Source: a virus | Lineage: Duplodnaviria; Caudoviricetes | Virus record (IMG/VR): IMGVR_UViG_3300049811_000327 | Location: 1 to 55,830 of that record | Reading direction: 5' to 3' (one strand) | Length of the DNA stretch: 55,830 bases | Shown: piece after piece, positions 44,638 to 55,394 of the stretch | Numbering within the stretch: position 1 is the stretch's first letter | Layout of the letters: each line of letters opens with the position of its first letter | Notes under the pieces: model-generated | Told to the model about the DNA's origin: nothing | Databases searched by the model: none | The model's input: only the letters and a program-made list of their open reading frames with translations | Made by a program: the position numbers and the translations under genes

Positions 44638-47600
44638 CTAAGTCAAAAGTCCAACATCGCGCAGGGCTTTTACCACCTGCTTGAGCGTGTATCCGTCGAA
44701 AGTCGAGGCGTCGTTTATCGCCGTGCCGCTGTTGGCCGTAAACGCGGCTGCGGCGCTGCTGGTCGTCGGCCTAGCGATAGCCGCTACGCCGTAGAAGCCC
44801 AGCGCAGCCGCGCCGCTGACAGCGCCAGCCCGTACTACTTCATAAAACGTTCCTGCGTGGCTGCCGTACAATGACAACCTGCCCGTCCGGCTTGCGTGCG
44901 TGGCCGTAGTCCAGGCGGCTTCCAACAGCGCCGCATCCTGAGACGCAGTGCTATCGCTCTCCAACTGGAACAGCACGCCGCTGGCGAAGCCTGCCGCCGC
45001 CGTGCCAGTTGTGTTGTGCTCCACGGTCAGCAGGTTGGCCCGGTCGTTGGTGCATGCGTCCGTTACCTGAACGTGCAGCCGCGTCCCTGGCGTTTGTGTG
45101 CCAATCCCCACTGCATCGGCACTGGCGTCTACGAACAGGACATAGCCAGACGTATCGCCTTCAACACGGAAATCATAGTTGGCTTGCCCGTCGTTAATGA
45201 CCGTTTCAGTCGGGCCAACAAATAGCGCGTTGACCAGGCTCCCGCTTGCCACGGGCTGCACGGTGATGCCCGATGACCGGCTGGCGTGCGTCGCATCGTT
45301 CCACACCACATCCAAAGCTGCCGCTGTCTGGTTCTCATCCGTGCTGCTATGTAACTCAAAAAGCACACGACTACCAAAACCAGCTAATCTAGTACTTGAA
45401 CTGTTATGGCTAATTTTTACTTGCGTAGTAACAGAGCTTGCTGCAGCGTCTGTCATTAATGACTGGAAGACGCCATTGACACGAAGTAGCTGACTAGCTA
45501 CTGTTGCGTTAAACTCGCCGTAGATTAAAGACTTTTTGCGCGCTCCGGCCTCATTGTCTCGCTTATCATTGTCTATGAATAGCTTTGCCGCCGCCGTCTC
45601 GTAGTACCCGGCCTGATAGCCGAGATACACCGCATTGTTTGCATAGGCCGTGCGCCCGGCCTCGTAGCCGATCATCGTGCTACTCGCCATGCTACCGGCT
45701 GCTGTGTTGCTGCCGTAACCAGCCAAATAGCCGATCAGCGTGTTGCCAGCGCCAGACGCTCGACCGCCAGTTGCATAGCCGATAGCCACTGTACCTGACA
45801 CTGCTGCCATCGAGCCGCCCGCCGAACCCCCGATAAACACCCCGTTGCTGCCTGTCGTGCTGTATCCCGCAAGCGCCCCAAGCGCCACATTGCCACTTCC
45901 GGTTTGCAGAGCGTTCAGTGCGCTGCGCCCAATGATAACATTGTCTGTACCAGTTGTTAGCGCCGCCGCACCGGAGTTGGCAATAACCGTGTTGTTGTAC
46001 CCGGTAGTTAGAACCGCGGCCGCCTGCGCACCAATGGCGATGTTACCACCGCTGTTACCGTCTGAGTTACGGCCATCGTACACGCCTAGTGCATTGTACC
46101 CAATGGCGATGTTGTTGGTAGAGAACTTTGCAGCCTGTAACGCAGCATAACCGATGGCCACGTTCTGCACACCGGTTTCATTATTTGCTAACGACAGTCC
46201 GCCAATGGCAACGTTATAGCTCGCACCAGCCACCGCCAGCCGAGACAACGCACTTACGCCGATGGCAACATTGCGTGTCGATGTTACGTTGCTCCGTAGC
46301 GCATCATCACCGATAGCGACGTTGCCAGCAGACGCAACAGACAGGTAACGAAGTGCGTTTTTCCCAAATGCTAAATTGGTCGATAGCGGCCTGACTTCAA
46401 TTTGCGTGACGGCTGAACCATCCTGCAAAGCCAGCGTGCTGGTTACTGGCGTCACAAGCTTGACCGACACGTTATCGATTGATCCGTCAAAATCCGATGA
46501 TGGCGTGAAGACCAGACCGCCCGATGCGCCAGCCGTGATTACGGGTGCAAACGTGTCAGACGAGTTGTAGTTCACACCCGCCGCCGTGCCGTTCAGCGAT
46601 ACGGCCACGGTTCCCGCCGTCCTGGTCTTGATTTGGAACGCAACTGAGTATATTGCGCCGTTGGTCAGAGTAATTGCTTGCGAAAGCGTGGCTGTAGAAC
46701 CTGCCGTGTGCTTGGCGGCCAGTGCTGTACCGTCATGTGCCCAATTTGCGCCGTATGTCCAGCCACTACTGGTTGCGAAGGCTCCATTTGTAACAAGATT
46801 GCTGCCTAGCGCTGTTACGAAACTGTTACCCCTAAAGATGGCTTGTTCATTCGTTGTGTCCAACGTAAAGAGTGCTGTTCCAGCCGCATTCAGCATTCTC
46901 AGTGCAGTAGTGCTATCGCTAGCTGTTTTCCACGTCGGTCCAATGATTCCGTTGGTAAAAGTTTGAGCTTGGCTAACAGCACCTTCATCGGCACCAGACG
47001 TCGACAAATACCCACTACTGAAAGTTCGGGCCATTGCCTCCGTACGGTCAGGAGCGTAATTCTTTGCTATGACCCCATCGTTCCGCCACTGACGCCCATA
47101 AACGTTCCCAAACGTTTCCCCACCGCTTCCAACCTCAAGGTCCCAGTATGTTTGGCAGTTTTCGCCGCTTGGCACAAAGCGCGCCGTTACAGAGTTGATT
47201 GTCACTGCGTGACTTGACCAACCAAGCGCGGCAGCTGTAACCTCAACGGAGCAGCCAGGCTCCCAAATTGAATCGGTTGGGTCTACACCAGCGTGTCGAG
47301 TTGTCAGTGTTGCTCGTGTTGTTTCGGCCAGTGATGCAAGGTAAGCAAGGCCGAGTGCCTCTGCTTGGCTGACATCACTGACTGAATTGTCCCTCAGTAC
47401 CGGTGCCCAAATCTCACCTATCGCTGCAACACTCACAGCATCCTGGATGATCTCGTCAATGCGGATGCTATATCGATAGATGATTTCCAAGTTCTTTCCA
47501 AGTGGCGGTGGAGTATCGAAATAGAACCTGCGAGTGTCATAGTGGACGAGGCAATCAAACAATGATGGGTCGTCAACATACATGATCCCAACGGATTGGG

Positions 47601-48435
47601 GCATGCCTCCAACTGAAACGCTCACGATTTCATCTGGAGAATACGGTGTTTGAAAGACGGTCGTGGAGTTATTTCCAGCCCAAGTTTCTGTCTGAAGTGT
47701 ACTTAGAGTCGATCCGCCAATAACGCGAACCGAGTTACGCAGACCCGTCGCATCGACATCAATCGAGGGCTTTATCGACATGGGAAGAGCTTGATCGTCG
47801 ATAGCCCAATCACCTTCGACATCTGTCAAGTAATAGGCGTACGGAGTCGTTCCAAGACTCTCGAGGCCGTACCAAACTTCACCAACTGCGTCAACTTTGA
47901 ATTGACGTCCAGATCGCTCTGCGAGCTTACTCAATGCACCGCGCAGAGACTCTCCCTCAAAACCAATATAGTCGACTTGCACTTGCCCCGTAGAGACAAT
48001 CTTCGAAGCGTTATACATGGCCGGGGCATACGTTTGAAGAAGGTCGCTTACGATATCCCCGTCAGAAATGATAGCCTCGAGGTCACCGCCACCATAGACG
48101 CGATCAATCGGTTGGTTCGTTAGAAGTTTAACTGCTGAAGACTGGCAATCGACAATAACGAAGCGATTGGAGCCAGCAGATTCACTCAATGGTTCGAATT
48201 GGGTACGAGAAACGAAACCTGACCAGATAGTCTTTGTCTCAGGGGCGGGGTCAATCACCTGAATCGTAACACTCGACCAAGGTGAAATTGCAGGCAATGT
48301 TCCGAGATCGATGAACGTTAGAGACGCTCGACCGATCTCCCCACCCATCGGTAGTTGAGCCGTCTGTTCACGATTGGCAAGGTGAGCCGTTAGGTCAACT
48401 CCACCAATGATTACCTTTACCGTTCGCCACTCCAT
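44638..48435 (-). CDS. Tail tip/hub protein fused to fibre (receptor-binding) domains
   Basis: 1265 aa directly after the tape measure gene; hub-like N-terminal 440 aa, many N-x-A-I-G repeats, duplicated C-terminal domain. Confidence 0.75.
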   Translation of the reverse strand: MEWRTVKVIIGGVDLTAHLANREQTAQLPMGGEIGRASLTFIDLGTLPAISPWSSVTIQVIDPAPETKTIWSGFVSRTQFEPLSESAGSNRFVIVDCQSSAVKLLTNQPIDRVYGGGDLEAIISDGDIVSDLLQTYAPAMYNASKIVSTGQVQVDYIGFEGESLRGALSKLAERSGRQFKVDAVGEVWYGLESLGTTPYAYYLTDVEGDWAIDDQALPMSIKPSIDVDATGLRNSVRVIGGSTLSTLQTETWAGNNSTTVFQTPYSPDEIVSVSVGGMPQSVGIMYVDDPSLFDCLVHYDTRRFYFDTPPPLGKNLEIIYRYSIRIDEIIQDAVSVAAIGEIWAPVLRDNSVSDVSQAEALGLAYLASLAETTRATLTTRHAGVDPTDSIWEPGCSVEVTAAALGWSSHAVTINSVTARFVPSGENCQTYWDLEVGSGGETFGNVYGRQWRNDGVIAKNYAPDRTEAMARTFSSGYLSTSGADEGAVSQAQTFTNGIIGPTWKTASDSTTALRMLNAAGTALFTLDTTNEQAIFRGNSFVTALGSNLVTNGAFATSSGWTYGANWAHDGTALAAKHTAGSTATLSQAITLTNGAIYSVAFQIKTRTAGTVAVSLNGTAAGVNYNSSDTFAPVITAGASGGLVFTPSSDFDGSIDNVSVKLVTPVTSTLALQDGSAVTQIEVRPLSTNLAFGKNALRYLSVASAGNVAIGDDALRSNVTSTRNVAIGVSALSRLAVAGASYNVAIGGLSLANNETGVQNVAIGYAALQAAKFSTNNIAIGYNALGVYDGRNSDGNSGGNIAIGAQAAAVLTTGYNNTVIANSGAAALTTGTDNVIIGRSALNALQTGSGNVALGALAGYSTTGSNGVFIGGSAGGSMAAVSGTVAIGYATGGRASGAGNTLIGYLAGYGSNTAAGSMASSTMIGYEAGRTAYANNAVYLGYQAGYYETAAAKLFIDNDKRDNEAGARKKSLIYGEFNATVASQLLRVNGVFQSLMTDAAASSVTTQVKISHNSSSTRLAGFGSRVLFELHSSTDENQTAAALDVVWNDATHASRSSGITVQPVASGSLVNALFVGPTETVINDGQANYDFRVEGDTSGYVLFVDASADAVGIGTQTPGTRLHVQVTDACTNDRANLLTVEHNTTGTAAAGFASGVLFQLESDSTASQDAALLEAAWTTATHASRTGRLSLYGSHAGTFYEVVRAGAVSGAAALGFYGVAAIARPTTSSAAAAFTANSGTAINDASTFDGYTLKQVVKALRDVGLLT

Positions 48436-48450
48436 CGTTCACCTCGTCGC

Positions 48451-51400
48451 TCAGTTCGCCAAGACATACATGCCTTGACGACGCAGCTCCTGCACCATTG
48501 ACTTTGTGATCCGACTCTCTTCCGCAGGGGTCATCCCAGCTTGCCAAGCACCCTCAAACTGGACAGTGAGATATGCTCTCCGGGGTGTCGTTTCGAAGAG
48601 GATGTTAGACCCATTAACTTCCATGTCCAAAGCGTCCTGGACCATTCCTGGCAGCCCGTAGAGGTCCTCCAGGCCCTTCTTCAGACCCAAGACGAAGTAC
48701 TCCCCAATCCTTTCGGCGACACGACTCGGGGAATGAATCCCCCATGCGGCCATGAGCACATCTCTCATTTGGTTTGCCAAGCTAAGCATCGCATCGGTAA
48801 TTGCATTAATGCTGTTAACATTCTGCATTCCACGCAACATTCCACTCATAAACATGCCGGCGATGTAATCGCCTCGATCCCACATGAGACTTCCAAGATT
48901 GAGGAAGACACCGAGAATTTGGTTCTGCATGTTAACGCCGAAACTTACAACGGCTTGCTCGACGAACTGCAGTATGCTCGCAATCTGATTGCCCAAGTTA
49001 ATCATCATTGAGCCAACTTGCGTCAGAACAACTCCGAACGTCCCAATTACTCCGATAAAGAGGGCCGAAATGGCGTTCAAAAACGCAAGCAGCTCATCTG
49101 CCGTTGGGAGATTTGCTTGATCGAGGTCCATCAGTAGTTCGAGAGCCGATCTTAGGGTGTTCACAATCGCCTGCATCTGAGCTGCGAATGCATCGGTTAA
49201 CAGCGTAGCCTGAGGGCTCAGAACATTGAGAACCCACGTCTCCCAACTCTGAAGCATACGAATCAGATTTGTGTTGAACCGTTGCAAACCAAGATCAAAT
49301 TGACTTCCTGTAACGGTGTAGTTGGCGATCCCTTGCATTACAGAAAGAGCGGCGCCAATCGCGGAAAAGACAGATTGAGCAGTTGCCCCGAAGGCGGTCA
49401 GAAATGCTAGACTCGTAGTCGTGAAGTTGGTTGTGGCCCAGTCACGAAGTCGAATCATCACCTGCTCAACATCTTCCATGAAGCGATTGATATTATTTGT
49501 CGTCGGTCCAACATAGTAAGTTAGATCTTGAAGTACTCCTACAGCGTTACCCAGCCCTTGAAAAACCACTCCTGTAACGCGACCAACTTCCTCAACAACC
49601 TCGACGGCAACCCCCATAAAATTGGCTCGTGCCCAAGTTGCGAAAGAGTTGAAAAGGGCCTGGTAATCGGTCGTGAAGGCTGTGATGGCAGCGGCTCCAG
49701 GTGAGACATAGTCGACCAAACCGGCAAGAACACCAATGGCAGACTCCATCGCTTGCATTGCGCTAGAGAACGCCGCCATCATCTCCTCGGGGACATCCAT
49801 GATGAGCCATGGACCAGATCGACTCTGCATTACCCAAGTTGCAAAATTCGTGAGCAGAAGTCCCATGTCGGCGATGAAGACGTTAATTGCAGCTTCACCA
49901 GGAGATACATACTCAACGAGCGCATCAAGCACACCGATGGAAATTTCGAGGGACGATAGGGCCTCTTGGAAGGTAGTCATCAGCTCTGCTGGGATACTCT
50001 TAAAGATTGATATTGCAGGACTGGTTGATATCCAGTTTGCGAAATCAGTCATCAACATCCCAAGATCATTCGTAAACCTCTCAATCGCAAAAGCTGCTGG
50101 TGAGACGTATTCTACAAGGCCTCCCAGGACACCCAGGGCCTCACCCATGGCACCTGTCAAGCCAATGATGAGTGCAGCTACATCGTCTTCGATGTCGACC
50201 ACCAGGGGCCCGATCACGAAGGCGATCCAACGGCCCATCCTCTCAAAGAGGAACTGGAAATCCCACATGAAGCGATTCATATCGTCAATAGCAGGACCAA
50301 CGTAACCAACCAGTGAGCCAAGAAAGGCAACTCCATCCTTGAGTCCGGCCACTATCCTTCCTGCCGCCTCAGCGAACTTGATTGCGTCATCGAAGGCCTT
50401 CCACTGCATTTGGGAGGCCATCGTCTGAAGACGTGCCACGAAGCGTCTGATCGCAAGGAAAAAGGCGTCGGTGTTGTCTATCTCGGGGGCCACATAATTC
50501 ATTGCGGTAGTCGCCCCCTCAAGAGCATCCTTCATTTGAGAACCAACTCGGCCAGCTACCTCCGCGAATTTGATTGCATCGTCGAAAACCTTCCATTGCA
50601 TCTGAGAGGCCATCGTTTGGAGGCGCGCGACGAAACGGCGAATTGCCAAGATGAAGGCATCCGTGTTGTCAGTTTTCGGCGGACTAAAGCTCATAGCCGC
50701 CGCCAGGGCCTCGAGGGCCGACTTCATCTGAGAACCAATTCGACCAGCGGCCTCTGCGAACTTGATCGCATCGTCAAAGGTCTTCCACTGCATTTGGGAA
50801 GCCATCGTCTGAAGGCGTGCAACGAAACTACGGAGTGTCGAGATAAAGGCATCCGTATTATCGGTCTTCGGAACATTGAAGCTTATGGCTGCTGCCAAGG
50901 CCTCGAGAGCGGCCTTCATCTGTGAACCAATTTGACCAGCCGCTTCAGCGAACTTGATGGCGTCATCAAAGACTTTCAGTTCCATCTGAGAGGCCATCGT
51001 TTGAAGGCTAGCAACGAAATAACGAATTGCCTCAACAAAGGCGTCCGTGTTATCAGTCTGCGGAGCATTGAAGCTTATGGCCACTGCCAAGGCTTCAAGG
51101 GCGGCCTTCATCTGTGAACCAATTCGACCAGCTGCTTCGGCGAACTTGATGGCGTCATCAAAGACTTTCAGTTCCATCTGAGAGGCCATCGTCTGAAGAC
51201 TAGCAACAAAATAACGAATTGCCTCAACAAAGGCATCCGTGTTATCAGTCTTCGGTGGGGTGAAATTCATTGCCGCGGTCAGACCATCCGCAACTCCATC
51301 AAGAATAGGGAGAATGCCGCCAGCAGCTTGAGAGAAGATAATTGCGGCTGGCAATCCAGAGAGATTAATCTCTGCCGCTGCAGCCACGATCCCATTAACC

Positions 51401-54321
51401 AACTTCGGAACAAACTGCTTGAGTTGTGCCACAAACTTCTCGATGTTAGCGTCAAGAACATCCAGCTCAGAGATCTTGGAGAAGGCATCAATGATCTGGT
51501 CAAGGTTGCTGAAGATTTGGGCCAGCGGGTCAAGAACAGCTTTAGCGCTCCAAATAGGGCTATTCTCGACGGCGAAGTACTCTGCCAATCGTTGCAGCTG
51601 AATAACTACCAGCTTGATATCGGCAATAAGCTTGGTGAGCTTAGATGGAAGGTCCTGAACGCCACCATAGAGAGCGAGAGTTTGCATTGCATCCATCACT
51701 CGGGTCATCGCATCGGCAATGATTCCGAGTGTCTGAACTGCTTTGCGGACAGGCCCGGTAAAGGCTTTGTTGATCGCCTCTGTGATTTCGCTGGTCATAT
51801 CGAGGACGCCCAGGATGAAGCCTTCAATCGTATTCTGGCCAATTTCCCTGAACACCCGAGATGGTGAATGCATGCCGAGCAAGTTTTTGGCTGCCTCAAT
51901 CGCACTCTGAACAACTCCACTGGCAGCATCAATCAAGGCTCCAGCCATTGACTTGACTCCGTTGATCAAACCTTGAATGATCTGGGCGCCAAGAGCTGCC
52001 AAATCTATCCCACTGAGAAATGCCTTGACAGCCTCAAACTTCTCGACAAACCACTCATAGATTGTTACAAGCGTAACACCAATAGCCGTTGTAAGGGCCG
52101 TTGTTGCTGCATTAACGATCTCCTTGATGTTCTCCCAAAGGCGCTCCACGGTGTCTTTGATAATCTCCCATGCACCTTCCCAGTCACCCTTGAGAATAGC
52201 CATCGCAGTGTTGACGATCCCCTCAATCAAAGTCAATGCACCATCGATGATGTTTTTGATGATCGTCCAAGCGGACGACAAGATGGTTTGGATCTCAGCG
52301 CCGTGATCATTAATGAATTGAGCTATTCCCTGAAAGACTGGAACGATCGTCGCGTTAAGAATTTCCATGACAGTAGCGATGATCGCCGAGATCCTGACCC
52401 ATGCATCCCCAAGAGTTGCCTTGATGTCTTCCCCATGCGCATCAAGAAACGTCTTCACAACACCCAGGACACCCTGGATGATATCCCCAATCGCAGTCAA
52501 TGCACCATTCACAAGAGTTGTTAGCGAGTCCCAGGCAGCTTGCAGGTTACCCTGGATAGCGCCCACGTTCTCTTGCACTGAAGCAATCAGGATCCCAAAG
52601 ATCTGTGTCACAATTTCTGCAACCAGGGGCAAAACCGTTGAAGCGATTTCGGTAATTTGTGTAAAAGTTGATGCCAACAGAGCAACGAAATTACTGAACG
52701 ACTCACCCAAAATTGTGGTCAAACCGCTCATGTTCAAGAGTCCATCGGCAATAGGGCTAAACACTCCAGTTAGGCTTGTCCCATACGCAATGAACTCTGT
52801 AACAGCATCAACTACGTCCAACAGCGCCATTCCAAAGTCTTTCAACGGGCCGACGGGGAGGTTCTCGTCAAGGACGTCCCACCCTTCATATCCAGCGATT
52901 ACGTCACTAATGGCTTGGATGAAGATGCCAATCGTGTCAATAGCTGGCTGCAGGGCATCTCGAATCCCGCCGAAGTTGGTGGCGAAAGCAACTCCGAGCG
53001 CAACAACTCCAGCAATAATTAGCCCAATCGGTGAGAGTAGCACCCCCAATCCTGTGGCCAAGGCTCCAACCATCAACAAGACTGGTCCGGCCGCCACTGC
53101 CAAAGCAGCGAAAATGATGCCCATATTGACGATCTGGGGATCAAGTGTCATTACTCCACTAAGCAGGTCACTGAGCTTCCTAGCCATCGGTGTCAGGACG
53201 TTCTCGAGAAATGGAGTTAGCGCTTTGATCTGGATACTCTCTACGACGCCGCCCAACGTTTCAAGTGCAGCCTTCCACCCCTTCGTTCGTGCAGCTGCGG
53301 TCTCTTGCACTCCAGCAGCGCCTTCGATACTGGCCCCCATAGCGGCCCACCCCTCTTCTCCCTCAGCTAGCAGGGTATTCATCGCATTCAGGCCATAGGT
53401 GCCAGCCAACGTCTGAACGATCTGGTTGCGCTGCTCCATCGTCATGCCGGCCATTGCGTCTTCAAGCTCGCTCATGATCGTTGGTAGCGCCTTCATCGTT
53501 CCAGTCGCATCATACATCGACAGGCCGAGGGCTTGCCACGTTCCCACCACATCCGAGGTATCACGCTGCATGTTCAACAACATCGACTTGAGCTGTGTCC
53601 CAGCCTCTGCCCCTTCGATTCCGCGCCCAGCCATTAGCGACAGGGCCTGGGTCACAGTGTCGAGCCCGATCCCCATTGAGTTCGCGACCGGGCCCACGTT
53701 TCTCAAGCTTTCAGCCAGCCCACCAACGCTAGCAACTCCTGCATCTGCTGTTCGAACCAATATGTCTGCAATCGATCCTGCCTCACCAGCAGATAGCCCA
53801 AAGGTGTTCATCGCAACTGAAACTACGTCAGTTGCTTGTGCTAGGTTCAGTTCGCTCGACGCCGCCAGGTCGATTGCAGATCGCAGTGCTCCACTCAACG
53901 AAGCTGTCCCCTCGAGATAACCTTGCATGTCCCCGAAGATCTGGTTTGTTGTCATACCGGCCTTATACATGGCCGTCATTGCATCACCAGCTTCGCTTGC
54001 TGTAATTCCCACCAATTGTGTGTCTGCGCCGACGGCCAACGCTGCAGCACTCAAGTCATCAAAGCTTGTTTGAGAGCTCTTGGCCGCCACAGACAGGATG
54101 TTCATGGCCTGCTCAAATTCCCCAGCAGTATTCATCGCTTGAACACCCATGATCGCTATTGGGGCAGTCGCCATTGACATCATCCCCCCCGCTTTCATCA
54201 CGGTACTGCCCATGTTTTGCAGCGACGACGACAAGCTACCCAATTGCCTTTGAGCATCTTGAACATCCGCACCAACCTTTACCATCAACTGTGCCGCTGT
54301 GTTCGTGCCACTGCCAAACAT
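48451..54321 (-). CDS. Tape measure protein
   Basis: 1956 aa; TP901-type core (GIEGAEAGTQLKSML), W/F-periodic repeats, HSPSRV motifs; follows the chaperone genes. Confidence 0.93.
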   Translation of the reverse strand: MFGSGTNTAAQLMVKVGADVQDAQRQLGSLSSSLQNMGSTVMKAGGMMSMATAPIAIMGVQAMNTAGEFEQAMNILSVAAKSSQTSFDDLSAAALAVGADTQLVGITASEAGDAMTAMYKAGMTTNQIFGDMQGYLEGTASLSGALRSAIDLAASSELNLAQATDVVSVAMNTFGLSAGEAGSIADILVRTADAGVASVGGLAESLRNVGPVANSMGIGLDTVTQALSLMAGRGIEGAEAGTQLKSMLLNMQRDTSDVVGTWQALGLSMYDATGTMKALPTIMSELEDAMAGMTMEQRNQIVQTLAGTYGLNAMNTLLAEGEEGWAAMGASIEGAAGVQETAAARTKGWKAALETLGGVVESIQIKALTPFLENVLTPMARKLSDLLSGVMTLDPQIVNMGIIFAALAVAAGPVLLMVGALATGLGVLLSPIGLIIAGVVALGVAFATNFGGIRDALQPAIDTIGIFIQAISDVIAGYEGWDVLDENLPVGPLKDFGMALLDVVDAVTEFIAYGTSLTGVFSPIADGLLNMSGLTTILGESFSNFVALLASTFTQITEIASTVLPLVAEIVTQIFGILIASVQENVGAIQGNLQAAWDSLTTLVNGALTAIGDIIQGVLGVVKTFLDAHGEDIKATLGDAWVRISAIIATVMEILNATIVPVFQGIAQFINDHGAEIQTILSSAWTIIKNIIDGALTLIEGIVNTAMAILKGDWEGAWEIIKDTVERLWENIKEIVNAATTALTTAIGVTLVTIYEWFVEKFEAVKAFLSGIDLAALGAQIIQGLINGVKSMAGALIDAASGVVQSAIEAAKNLLGMHSPSRVFREIGQNTIEGFILGVLDMTSEITEAINKAFTGPVRKAVQTLGIIADAMTRVMDAMQTLALYGGVQDLPSKLTKLIADIKLVVIQLQRLAEYFAVENSPIWSAKAVLDPLAQIFSNLDQIIDAFSKISELDVLDANIEKFVAQLKQFVPKLVNGIVAAAAEINLSGLPAAIIFSQAAGGILPILDGVADGLTAAMNFTPPKTDNTDAFVEAIRYFVASLQTMASQMELKVFDDAIKFAEAAGRIGSQMKAALEALAVAISFNAPQTDNTDAFVEAIRYFVASLQTMASQMELKVFDDAIKFAEAAGQIGSQMKAALEALAAAISFNVPKTDNTDAFISTLRSFVARLQTMASQMQWKTFDDAIKFAEAAGRIGSQMKSALEALAAAMSFSPPKTDNTDAFILAIRRFVARLQTMASQMQWKVFDDAIKFAEVAGRVGSQMKDALEGATTAMNYVAPEIDNTDAFFLAIRRFVARLQTMASQMQWKAFDDAIKFAEAAGRIVAGLKDGVAFLGSLVGYVGPAIDDMNRFMWDFQFLFERMGRWIAFVIGPLVVDIEDDVAALIIGLTGAMGEALGVLGGLVEYVSPAAFAIERFTNDLGMLMTDFANWISTSPAISIFKSIPAELMTTFQEALSSLEISIGVLDALVEYVSPGEAAINVFIADMGLLLTNFATWVMQSRSGPWLIMDVPEEMMAAFSSAMQAMESAIGVLAGLVDYVSPGAAAITAFTTDYQALFNSFATWARANFMGVAVEVVEEVGRVTGVVFQGLGNAVGVLQDLTYYVGPTTNNINRFMEDVEQVMIRLRDWATTNFTTTSLAFLTAFGATAQSVFSAIGAALSVMQGIANYTVTGSQFDLGLQRFNTNLIRMLQSWETWVLNVLSPQATLLTDAFAAQMQAIVNTLRSALELLMDLDQANLPTADELLAFLNAISALFIGVIGTFGVVLTQVGSMMINLGNQIASILQFVEQAVVSFGVNMQNQILGVFLNLGSLMWDRGDYIAGMFMSGMLRGMQNVNSINAITDAMLSLANQMRDVLMAAWGIHSPSRVAERIGEYFVLGLKKGLEDLYGLPGMVQDALDMEVNGSNILFETTPRRAYLTVQFEGAWQAGMTPAEESRITKSMVQELRRQGMYVLAN
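50290..51250 (-). repeat. Five tandem 192-bp (64-aa) repeats inside the tape measure gene
   Basis: The DNTDAF-coding segment recurs at 51241, 51049, 50857, 50665 and 50473. Confidence 0.9.
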
Positions 54322-54348
54322 AAGTCACCTCACTCCAACTGCAGTCGA

Positions 54349-54591
54349 TTACTGACGTTTCCGTCGAGCCATTACTGATCGATGATCGGCCCTGGCATGC
54401 TCCATCGCCTGCTCGCGTGTTAGTCGTTGGGTCTCCATACGCTTGTTCACAAACCCATCGACCTGTACCTTTGCCTTCCACAAAGCCAATTCACTAGCGC
54501 CCATTCTGGCGTCCATTTCGGCCAGCGTCATACCGCCAAGATCCTGACACAACTCCATCCGAAACAAGATGTCGTCGTGTCCGTCTAGGAT
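54349..54591 (-). CDS. Tail assembly chaperone, frameshifted extension (gpGT-like)
   Basis: The -1 frame reads ILDGHDDILFRMELCQDLGGMTLAEM...ELALW. Confidence 0.8.
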   Translation of the reverse strand: MLDGHDDILFRMELCQDLGGMTLAEMDARMGASELALWKAKVQVDGFVNKRMETQRLTREQAMEHARADHRSVMARRKRQ

Positions 54592-54929
54592 TTTCCCCGC
54601 GCAGCATCCTGCGCCGCCTGGGTCAGGCCGTTCAGCTCCATGACTCGCTGAGCCGCCCGGATGATCACCGCGCCACTCGTTTCCAACAGCGCCGGGATGT
54701 CGTCCTCGTCAAACTGTGGCTCGATGCAGCCCATGATGAACAGCTTCACCATGATCGCAGGATCTTGTGCAGCCACCTCATCGGCGCCCTTGAACATGGC
54801 CATCATCTGTTGCGAACGAGCGATCGGCCACTCGCCCAGCAGGATCTCGCCGCCCCATTCAGGCACCGGGAAATCCTCCGTCCGTAGACCCGCGTTCAAC
54901 ACGGCTTCTTTGGTTAGTCTCGCCATCAT
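54585..54929 (-). CDS. Tail assembly chaperone (gpG-like)
   Basis: VPEWGG motif; lies between the major tail and tape measure genes. Confidence 0.85.
   Translation of the reverse strand: MMARLTKEAVLNAGLRTEDFPVPEWGGEILLGEWPIARSQQMMAMFKGADEVAAQDPAIMVKLFIMGCIEPQFDEDDIPALLETSGAVIIRAAQRVMELNGLTQAAQDAARGKS
54591..54597 (-). other. Programmed -1 ribosomal frameshift site G GGA AAA
   Basis: CGG GGA AAA TCC TAG ends gpG; a -1 slip enters the 54349-54567 frame. Confidence 0.85.
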
Positions 54930-55000
54930 TTGCTCCTTTTCTGACTATTGCAGAGGAACCGACCTCGCAGGCCGGCCCCTCTGCGCGCTTGGGTCAACTG

Positions 55001-55390
55001 CTAGGTACGGGTCAACGGGCCGTGTCCCTTGAACGACCAGGTGCCAGCACCCAGACCATCGAACGACTGGCTCGGCGAGTGGCCAACGACCACGATCGTA
55101 CCAGAGAAGTAGTCCGCCGTTCCCTGGTAGAAGTTCACCACTGCCTTGGAGCCGGCCGTCAAGGCGGTCCAGAGGGCGGTCTGCTGGGCGTCGGTATCAT
55201 CGTAGTTGCCCTCAACCTGGCCGGACCATTCCTTGATGCCAGACTCGGTCAGCTTCCAAGAGCTGCCAAAGTTGGAGGCATCCAGTTCGGTCGCGGCGAT
55301 GTCCAGGGACCAGGTCTTCAGGCCGCCGATGATTGTGCCAGCAGTGCCTCCGTAGACCACACTGCCTTGGGTTCCACTGATAACTGCCAT
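55001..55390 (-). CDS. Major tail (tube) protein
   Basis: WSLD...ELDAS...W...GIKEWSG...FKGHGPLT. Confidence 0.85.
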   Translation of the reverse strand: MAVISGTQGSVVYGGTAGTIIGGLKTWSLDIAATELDASNFGSSWKLTESGIKEWSGQVEGNYDDTDAQQTALWTALTAGSKAVVNFYQGTADYFSGTIVVVGHSPSQSFDGLGAGTWSFKGHGPLTRT

Positions 55391-55394
55391 CTTC

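Noticed and set aside
44881-45453. Duplicated fibre domain as a DGR template/variable repeat pair
   Set aside because: Both copies are in-frame coding and differ at all base types; no reverse transcriptase is present.
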